A stretch of 64,000 nt of DNA from an uncultured virus (IMG/VR IMGVR_UViG_3300027704_000023) (Duplodnaviria; Heunggongvirae; Uroviricota; Caudoviricetes; Crassvirales): IMG/VR virus record IMGVR_UViG_3300027704_000023. One strand, 5' to 3'. How positions within the stretch are numbered: the first letter of the stretch is position 1; each line of letters opens with the position of its first letter. A program made the position numbers and the translations under genes. The notes under the pieces were generated by a model that worked only from the letters and a program-made list of their open reading frames with translations, did not search any database and was not told the DNA's origin. Positions 57,233-64,000 of this stretch are shown in pieces.

Positions 57233-59035
57233 TTATTTAGATAAAAAATCAACGAAAGGAAGAGGTTTTTGTTTATCTCCTTGAAAATCAATAGATTTAA
57301 ATAAAGGCTTTTTATCCAGCCAAGATATAAAACCTGTATGAGAGAGGTTCATGATCATTTTATAAGGCTCGTCTACAGGTGTAGGCTCTCCTCCAGTTTC
57401 AACTTCTCGTACTTTTCTAACGTGTAACTCACTGAGCTTGCGTATGTTATGGTCTCCTGATTGAACCTTTCGATGAAGTGTTAGGAAGCAGTCAGCCCTG
57501 TTAACAAACTTACCTCCACCCTCTGTATCCTCAGCGTATGGGGCTATAGGTAAACCGTCTGGTCCTTTACGTCTTTGAGCTTCTGTAAAGGCATGCATGT
57601 TTAACCATACAGCCACCTCATTCGCTTTTGAGAACGTAAGGAACTGACTAGCAGCTTCGTAATGGTAGTCATGTACACCAATACCTGAGTTAGTCATATC
57701 TAATCTCAATGAGTTATAAGGGTCTACAAATATTCCGTCAACATGTTGTTGAGCCATAACCTTCTCCATGAAGAGAATTATATCTGAATAGCTATACACT
57801 TGATTGTTATTGATGATAGTAAAGTGTTCCTGCACCCACTTGTAAGCTGACTTACGTTGAGAGTAGTTCATGTCTTGAACCTTCCTGTCAGCAGCAAACT
57901 GCATAAGCTGCATCTTAACAGAAGCTGTGCGATTCTCTGAAGAGTATATAACCCACTTCCACTTGTGACGCATGACTGAATTAGCTATAAGATATAAGGC
58001 TGTTGTGGTCTTACCCACATTGCTGTGTCCGTTAATAATAACAAACTCCTTCTTATACCTAAAGAACTTATCTAGCTTATCGTCTCCAGTATCTAAACCT
58101 ATAGCTATCTTACCTTGTGAGTAGTCATCTATCCATCTGAAGTCTTCATCGTCTGAAGATATGAATGACATATCCCCATCGTTGATAAGCATATTCCTCT
58201 GTACATTCTTCTCGCTTTCTATTATCTCTTTAATAGGTAAGGCCTTCCCTTTCTCTATCCCTGCGATAATGGTCTGCTTGGCGTGATCATCAGAATCTAT
58301 ATCCCTCTTACCTATCTCCCGAAAAAGGATTCTAAGTACCTCCTCTTCCTCCATACGTCCAGCAGATATATATCCACCGCAAAGTATAGAAGCTCTATTT
58401 AACGTCACCCACTTCTCACCGTCCTTAGCGTTACGTATCATACGAGCAGCTAAGTTTAGCTTCATGTAATCCGTATAAGAATAAGCTTCATTGATTGGTA
58501 CCTGAGCTTCAGCATGCTCCGTAGTAAACGCTCCAAACCTTTTATAATCGTCCTTGATTATTATGTCAGGATCGTAAGACTCAAAGCAAGCCCTAGACTC
58601 GTTTATACCAGACTCGTCTAAATCTAATCCGTGCTGTCTGTTGAAGTAAGCTACAAGAGCCCTGAAATGATCTCTATGCCTCTCTGGGTTTGTTATCCTA
58701 ACAAGCGCTTTAACTCCGTCACCACTTGGAGAAACCCAGCATGAATGAATAAAGTCATCCGTAGCAAAGGCTGTCTTCGTCTCCTTAACATTAACGTGAT
58801 CAAAGTCCAGAACAATAAATCCTGAATGCTCGAATAGACCCTCATCAGTTCTAGACGAAAACTCCCCGCTAAAACAAATAACAGGGAGCTTAATCTTCTT
58901 CTCTTTATGTCCTTCTCGAACCTCACGTATTAAATCCTTGCTCTTCCCTTCCTGTATACGCAACAGCGCGGTCTCCAGCTGTATGTGATGCGGCTCCTTT
59001 ATTAGCTTTATGTCTTGGAATATTGTTACTTTCAT
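57233..59035 (-). CDS. Primase-helicase: BT4734/VirE-N-like primase domain plus DnaB-like helicase (start revised to MKVTIF)
   Basis: LDFDH, SPSGDGVK, RACFESYDP; Walker A GHSNVGKT; FVDPYN. Confidence 0.85.
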   Translation of the reverse strand: MKVTIFQDIKLIKEPHHIQLETALLRIQEGKSKDLIREVREGHKEKKIKLPVICFSGEFSSRTDEGLFEHSGFIVLDFDHVNVKETKTAFATDDFIHSCWVSPSGDGVKALVRITNPERHRDHFRALVAYFNRQHGLDLDESGINESRACFESYDPDIIIKDDYKRFGAFTTEHAEAQVPINEAYSYTDYMKLNLAARMIRNAKDGEKWVTLNRASILCGGYISAGRMEEEEVLRILFREIGKRDIDSDDHAKQTIIAGIEKGKALPIKEIIESEKNVQRNMLINDGDMSFISSDDEDFRWIDDYSQGKIAIGLDTGDDKLDKFFRYKKEFVIINGHSNVGKTTTALYLIANSVMRHKWKWVIYSSENRTASVKMQLMQFAADRKVQDMNYSQRKSAYKWVQEHFTIINNNQVYSYSDIILFMEKVMAQQHVDGIFVDPYNSLRLDMTNSGIGVHDYHYEAASQFLTFSKANEVAVWLNMHAFTEAQRRKGPDGLPIAPYAEDTEGGGKFVNRADCFLTLHRKVQSGDHNIRKLSELHVRKVREVETGGEPTPVDEPYKMIMNLSHTGFISWLDKKPLFKSIDFQGDKQKPLPFVDFLSK

Positions 59036-59288
59036 TGTCTTTTGCAATCATTAGAAGGATTATGTATCCAGCTATATCTATTAATGTATCCTCTGTGTCC
59101 TCAACAAGACCAGCATTAGCTATACGTTTAAGCTTGTCGTCCAAACGTACCTTTATAGAAGTTGATGCGTCACAACACGAAAATATTTTCAGGGGATCTA
59201 ATGCTGAATCTCCATACTTATTATTCTTATCAATCAACAACTCCTCAATCTCTCTACATTTTATCTTTATTTTATCCTTGGTGCTCAT
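58923..59288 (-). CDS. DUF1599 / nucleotide-modification-associated domain 1 protein
   Basis: KNNKYGDS...VRLDDKLKRI...EDTLIDIAGY. Confidence 0.75.
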   Translation of the reverse strand: MSTKDKIKIKCREIEELLIDKNNKYGDSALDPLKIFSCCDASTSIKVRLDDKLKRIANAGLVEDTEDTLIDIAGYIILLMIAKDNESNNIPRHKANKGAASHTAGDRAVAYTGREEQGFNT

Positions 59289-59550
59289 CTAATGTTAGAT
59301 TTGAATAGTTTAAAAAAAGTTTACTTGTTATACCCCTTATTATTATCTCTTTATTTTTATTCTTACTCTTCTTACCGTAAGCTTCGTTAATCAACCTGTT
59401 CATAGTTCTTTTATCGTGCTTCATAATATCGTAAGGCTTATCATATATAGAGACTATCCACGATGAACGCTCAGATACAATCTTATTTTTCTTATAAGCA
59501 ATCTGAGCGTTCATGTAGTAGATAGGGGCCTTACTAGAACGGCATGTCAT
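59272..59550 (-). CDS. Hypothetical protein
   Basis: ORF in operon context. Confidence 0.65.
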   Translation of the reverse strand: MTCRSSKAPIYYMNAQIAYKKNKIVSERSSWIVSIYDKPYDIMKHDKRTMNRLINEAYGKKSKNKNKEIIIRGITSKLFLNYSNLTLDEHQG

Positions 59551-59839
59551 CCGTTACAGCAGCTTCAGCTTTAGCTTGCTTTGCAGCTCGCTTCTCCTTA
59601 GCACCCTCACTATTCGGATCAAACACCGAACAACAAGCTTTCCCGCTCTTAGCCATAAATAGCTTGAGATAGATGTTACCACCTTCTCCTGCGTCGTTAC
59701 GCCTAGTAGCGTACTTGTCAATCATTTCTTTCAACTCGGTATCCTTAATACGGACACTCCAACTAGAAAGCTCTCCCTCGAACATACGAGGCTCATCTGC
59801 GTACCCTACGAGTACTGAATCATATTTTACATCACTCAT
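59534..59839 (-). CDS. Putative single-stranded DNA-binding protein
   Basis: Acidic DDMPF C-terminal tip; inside replication module. Confidence 0.6.
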   Translation of the reverse strand: MSDVKYDSVLVGYADEPRMFEGELSSWSVRIKDTELKEMIDKYATRRNDAGEGGNIYLKLFMAKSGKACCSVFDPNSEGAKEKRAAKQAKAEAAVTDDMPF

Positions 59840-59962
59840 GATAATAAAAAATTAAAAGGTTAGAAAAAAAAAGTATAATATAAACCTGTAACCAAACTGA
59901 ATATACCCATCACATAAAAAAAGATGTGACTTAGTATCTCTATTATTTTACAGAACATCTAC

Positions 59963-60745
59963 CTAAACAGTAAATGACGCATAGCAATTAAGCTCTGGCG
60001 TCTCCTTGTCTAGGTAAGACTTTATATTCTCCAGGGCTTGATGAAACTTCATCTCACCCCTGAACAGGGTTTCCTCCGAGCATTTAATCTCTGCTGGGTA
60101 GTATGGGTACGTCTTCTCTTGAACTACCCAATAGTAGTCCTTGATATCAAATACCTTTGTATATATATATGCTTGTATATCGTAGCTGAAACTATTCACA
60201 TCGTAACGAAACTTATCTACGCTTCGTGAGCTCTTACTGTCTGTGATGAATCCGTCACCTAAGCAATCTAAGAACCCTCTTAAAGGAACGCCTTCAAGGT
60301 CTTCATTGAACTCAACTTGATATTTACCTTTGAGTCTTTTCTCAAGTAAACCAGATATAGCTAGTCTCTCAACCATATCGTTAGCAGTCTTCCAGTCCGC
60401 AGCGGAAGCAAGGGTTTTTCCTTCTTCTTTGTAAGACTCTTCTATTTTCGCCTTGATCTCTTTATAGTCCTTTGTTAAATGCGGGGACTTAGACTCCAAG
60501 GTTTTGCTTTGGCACTTAGATAAGACTTCATCTTCATCAAGCACTACGTATTCTTTCAAGGCCTTCTCACGCTCAAACAACAGCATGTCGTACATGGTCC
60601 CGAATACTAAGGCATCAGAAGTATATTTAGCTTGACCTTTCATCTTCATCTCCCACATCTGCATGTCTCCTAGAGCATACTTTATAGAGGAGTAAGAGAG
60701 GTGTCCCTTACCAGTCGCGGCTGTTAGTTGTTCTCTTAAAGTCAT
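59963..60745 (-). CDS. RecE/ExoVIII-like PD-(D/E)xK exonuclease (DUF3799-like)
   Basis: LSYSSIK, FGT, RGFLD...DSKSS, YDIQAYIY. Confidence 0.8.
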   Translation of the reverse strand: MTLREQLTAATGKGHLSYSSIKYALGDMQMWEMKMKGQAKYTSDALVFGTMYDMLLFEREKALKEYVVLDEDEVLSKCQSKTLESKSPHLTKDYKEIKAKIEESYKEEGKTLASAADWKTANDMVERLAISGLLEKRLKGKYQVEFNEDLEGVPLRGFLDCLGDGFITDSKSSRSVDKFRYDVNSFSYDIQAYIYTKVFDIKDYYWVVQEKTYPYYPAEIKCSEETLFRGEMKFHQALENIKSYLDKETPELNCYASFTV

Positions 60746-60978
60746 TTCTTCTTTTTCTTAGGGAGGTAGATTGCATCTTTCTGATTAACACATATTTCTT
60801 CAATCTCATATAAAGCTTTGCTTTGATCTTTATCGACACCATCAAATGTGCGAAAGAAATGAGTGAGTTGTATTAATTCAGTCCAAACCTGTATAGGAGT
60901 ATAGTTTTTATACTTTTCTCTCTCTTTATTAGCTAAATCGACTAGCTCGTCTATACTGTGTGTTGTAAAATATTCCAT
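60742..60978 (-). CDS. Hypothetical protein (78 aa)
   Basis: ORF in operon context. Confidence 0.7.
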   Translation of the reverse strand: MEYFTTHSIDELVDLANKEREKYKNYTPIQVWTELIQLTHFFRTFDGVDKDQSKALYEIEEICVNQKDAIYLPKKKKK

Positions 60979-60979
60979 C

Positions 60980-61588
60980 TTATCGTACGAATTTCATTAT
61001 ACCTTCAACTTGCTTCTCGGTAAGTTGATCACCTTTCTTACTCATAAAGAAGTCAAATGCTTTTTTCTTATCAGACTGAGATTTTATATAGTCTATAGCC
61101 TTACTCATTAGTTCTGGATCCCTTTCGTTACTAGAAGGCTTTTTAGTGGCTGGCTTCTTAGCGGTAGGCTTAGGGTCTGGACTTGATGATAGCACATCTT
61201 TAAGATTCTTAAGGTTTTTATCGTTAACGCTTTGCTTAGCTATAGCATCTGTTACTTCGTTAGCTGAAGCAATAGAAGCCTCTATACCGATACCCATCAT
61301 AGCCAAAGCTCTACCTATAGCTGAAGTTTCGCAGTTCTCAACATAGCTCGTCTTGTTGATATGACTGGAAGATCTTTCTTCATGGGCATGGCCGCTAGCG
61401 ATTATCCTCTGAGTAGGATCTGCAATGATTGCTTTACACACACACATTTCAGAATCCAAAGATGTGAATTCCGTGGATATAGTCCAGTGTTTATACTCGT
61501 CTTCCTGACGGAAGAACTTTACACGTTCGTTGACCTCAACGTACTGCTTGCCACGGATGTTCGTGGTCTTAAATTTATAATTAGACAT
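60980..61588 (-). CDS. Single-strand annealing protein (Rad52/Sak-like)
   Basis: GKQYVEVNERV...GHAHE...VENCETSAIGRAL; near the exonuclease gene. Confidence 0.75.
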   Translation of the reverse strand: MSNYKFKTTNIRGKQYVEVNERVKFFRQEDEYKHWTISTEFTSLDSEMCVCKAIIADPTQRIIASGHAHEERSSSHINKTSYVENCETSAIGRALAMMGIGIEASIASANEVTDAIAKQSVNDKNLKNLKDVLSSSPDPKPTAKKPATKKPSSNERDPELMSKAIDYIKSQSDKKKAFDFFMSKKGDQLTEKQVEGIMKFVR

Positions 61589-61611
61589 GTATTAAATTAA
61601 ATTAGGGGTTA

Positions 61612-61640
61612 CAAATATACGAATGTTTTTTCAAAAACAA
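61612..61640 (-). promoter_or_regulatory. Promoter for recombination/replication operon
   Basis: TTG, 18-nt spacer, TATATTTG (61619-61612). Confidence 0.6.
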
Positions 61641-61642
61641 CA

Positions 61643-61846
61643 CTAAAAACCTAAGTTTCTAGAATTGTCATATAAGGTGTGCATTGATTTATTAAACTTA
61701 GCGGGAGTCTGATGGGTGTCTCTGCAGATCCTCATAAACTCATTAACTATACCTATAGCATCTACCGATCTTATGCTGGTGTATGCTTGGGTAACTGGGT
61801 CGGTACTAATAGGATTGTACTTCATTTTGCGTTGTATGTTACTCAT
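61643..61846 (-). CDS. Hypothetical protein (67 aa)
   Basis: ORF with A-rich leader. Confidence 0.65.
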   Translation of the reverse strand: MSNIQRKMKYNPISTDPVTQAYTSIRSVDAIGIVNEFMRICRDTHQTPAKFNKSMHTLYDNSRNLGF

Positions 61847-61859
61847 TTGTTTATTATTT

Positions 61860-61884
61860 TATTTAGTTGATTATCAATTAGTTA
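61860..61884. promoter_or_regulatory. Isolated copy of the 25-bp palindrome (TATTTAGTTGATTATCAATTAGTTA)
   Basis: Matches the control-region motif. Confidence 0.6.
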
Positions 61885-62108
61885 TTAAAGTTTATATCAA
61901 GTTTAAGTTTAAGGCAGAAAGCGTCGGCCACCCACTGAACAGCTTCTATATCTTCACTGTATGTAAAGTTTACATAAGCTTCACATAGCTCATCTAGAGA
62001 TAAATCTTTAAAAGGATTCTTCCTGTACATTATTTTTGTTTTAAGTTTTGATGTTCAAGATATAAAGCTATTATAGTAGCTAATACTCCTAGTGCTATTA
62101 CAGTCATA

Positions 62109-62318
62109 TTATCTTTCAGTTAGCCAGTCAGACACATACTCACTTCGGCACTCTTGAGAACATGGCTGCCCAAAAGATTCTACCTCTACTTCACCGCAGT
62201 TAGCACACATGGGTTGATCATCTAAGTTTTCAAATTCGCAGTGCTCTAAACAATCTGGACATATACCCATCTCTGGATCGCTGGTGGATGCACCGCAACA
62301 GTCGCTTTCAAAACTCAT
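62109..62318 (-). CDS. Cys-rich zinc-finger protein
   Basis: SDCCGA, CPDC, CANC, CSQEC. Confidence 0.7.
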   Translation of the reverse strand: MSFESDCCGASTSDPEMGICPDCLEHCEFENLDDQPMCANCGEVEVESFGQPCSQECRSEYVSDWLTER

Positions 62319-62659
62319 CTTGTTATTTCTATTAGTCCCCAGAACAACTTTATAGATGTCTTGCGGTTTGGTTTGCGGTTTTTTATAGACTTGGCTTTTA
62401 CTTTAGTTTTTACTTTAGATTTGACTTTATCTATAGTTCTTTTATCTTCAACGAACTTTAAGAACCTGGGGTCTTTGTTGTTGTGAAGAAAGGTAGACTC
62501 TCCATTCCTTACTCTAGAGACTGCACCCCATACAGATGCAGGGCTTCTCTTTAATTCTCTCCCAATTACAGGGAATATTACAAGCTTATACTTGAACTCT
62601 CTTGCTGTATTGCAAGCTACTAACAGCTCTTCGGCTGTCCAATGCTTAACGTTTCTCAT
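62315..62659 (-). CDS. HTH (Myb/GcrA-like) DNA-binding protein
   Basis: WTAEE...IGRELKRSPASV. Confidence 0.65.
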   Translation of the reverse strand: MRNVKHWTAEELLVACNTAREFKYKLVIFPVIGRELKRSPASVWGAVSRVRNGESTFLHNNKDPRFLKFVEDKRTIDKVKSKVKTKVKAKSIKNRKPNRKTSIKLFWGLIEITR

Positions 62660-64000
62660 GTTAAATTGTTTTATATAAATTAAATTGTTTTACTTTTCAG
62701 GGACATTATCGTCCATATTCATCATCAACTCATTGTACACGTACTTAAACTCTTCTGCTTTTAATCTCCACTGCATGGCTATAATAAGTAGATCTTTTTT
62801 ACTGTGTGCTTTTAACGCGGATTTGATTTGTTCTTTGGACCATGAAGCCAGAGGGTCAGTTTCTATGTCTTTATTTAAACTCATATTTTTATAAATGTAT
62901 TTGTTTTGTTTTTTAACTTCTTAGTTACCTTCACCCTTGCTCTTAGCTTTCTAGCGGTTGTGTTCGCTTCCTTCTGTATTACAGCTAGGGTAGCCTCAAA
63001 GGCATAAGTAGTAGCTTTCTGATTAAGCTTATCTACAACCTCATACACATCATTACTGTACGCAAGTATATCTCTTATTTCTCTAACACCCAAAAATCTT
63101 TTCATGTTATTTATATTATGTTAATAAAAAAGGGAGCTCATTGTGCAGCTATCCAAAGCTAAGTAAGGTCTTCACCTTTTTCTTTTAGAATGAAACACAC
63201 GAACTCCCAATTATATTATGTTTCTTCAAACACGATCCATGCATCATCCTCATCAGGAGATATGTTTACTATGTTCTCGGCTTCTTCTCTTGTTAGATCA
63301 GCGTATAACATATGCTTATGGTTAGTTGCTTTATACACTCGTTTTACTGTGTATGTTTTCATGATGTCCATCTATTTCTTATCGTCACCCATACTGTAGC
63401 TTGAAGGGTAGACGGGTTAATATTATATTTCTTAGCTACTTTCTGACAATCTTTTTCTAGTAGTTTATACTGTAAAGGAGTGACTGAAGTTTTACATTCT
63501 TTAGGAGAGGAGCTTCGGGTTTGAATAGCTCTAAGGTGCCACTTATCTATAGTGACCTTGTTAATATCCTCCCCGCTTATATTTTTTGCAAAGGCATATG
63601 TTTTAGGTGATTGTTTTAATATCTTTATATCTCCACGAGCTATAGCAAAGGCTTTCAGCTTGTTGTTATTGTAAGTACAAACCTTAACCTGACTAGGTAA
63701 GATGCCTTTTTTCACAGCATCCAGCACTGTGTGTGCATCGATTTTATTCCTACCCCATCTATTATTAGGAGATAAAGCGGACACGACACCCGCACAAATA
63801 AGTGGCGGGGTATCGAATCTTAGAGAAAGAATTTTAACATAATCCTTAGCCTCATTGTACCATACTTTGCCCGACTCACGTTCCTGTAGTGTGGACTCGT
63901 TATACCAATATTTTAAAAGGCTTCTACCTTTTGTTCTGTCTTGTAGCGTCATGATGTATAGTTTTGTCCGCTTGAGCGGACGTTATTGTATTGAGCCTAG
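62459..64000. repeat. Second copy of 1-1542, including duplicate ORFs 62690-62884, 62881-63105 and 63359-63952
   Basis: Direct sequence identity. Confidence 0.97.

Noticed and set aside
62459..64000. Duplicated early genes as a real gene duplication
   Set aside because: Explained by the window wrapping round the genome unit

Overview
The window holds one complete ~62,458-bp dsDNA tailed-phage genome plus 1,542 bp of overlap: 1-1542 recurs at 62459-64000, with one synonymous SNP seen. Repeated TAnnTTTG promoter elements point to a Bacteroidota (probably Flavobacteria-like) host. The portal, ring, muzzle-like and ejection gene set suggests a podovirus with loosely crAss-like architecture. Layout: (i) a minus-strand early/replication arm (5417 down to 1, wrapping to 62458 down to 55460) with many small genes, an annealase, exonuclease, SSB, primase-helicase and nucleases; (ii) a ~1.3-kb non-coding control region (about 5430-6785); (iii) a plus-strand late arm (6786-55473) with putative internal cargo proteins, GroES-like protein, TerL, portal, scaffold, major capsid, two paralogous structural families, fibres, tail proteins, ejection proteins and holin. 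I recognised no DNA polymerase, RNA polymerase, integrase or CRISPR array. The most notable unexplained signals are: six copies of a 23-nt palindromic element at early gene junctions, next to an Arg-rich first gene and an HTH-like gene; a shared K/R-Y-x-x-G-G tag on unrelated late proteins that also subdivides a 1354-aa polyvalent protein; a seven-member adaptor-domain family in repeated terminator/promoter cassettes; two interleaved motif arrays in the control region; a tRNA-like element; and a second structured RNA. All functional calls come from motif recognition by eye; no database searches were run.
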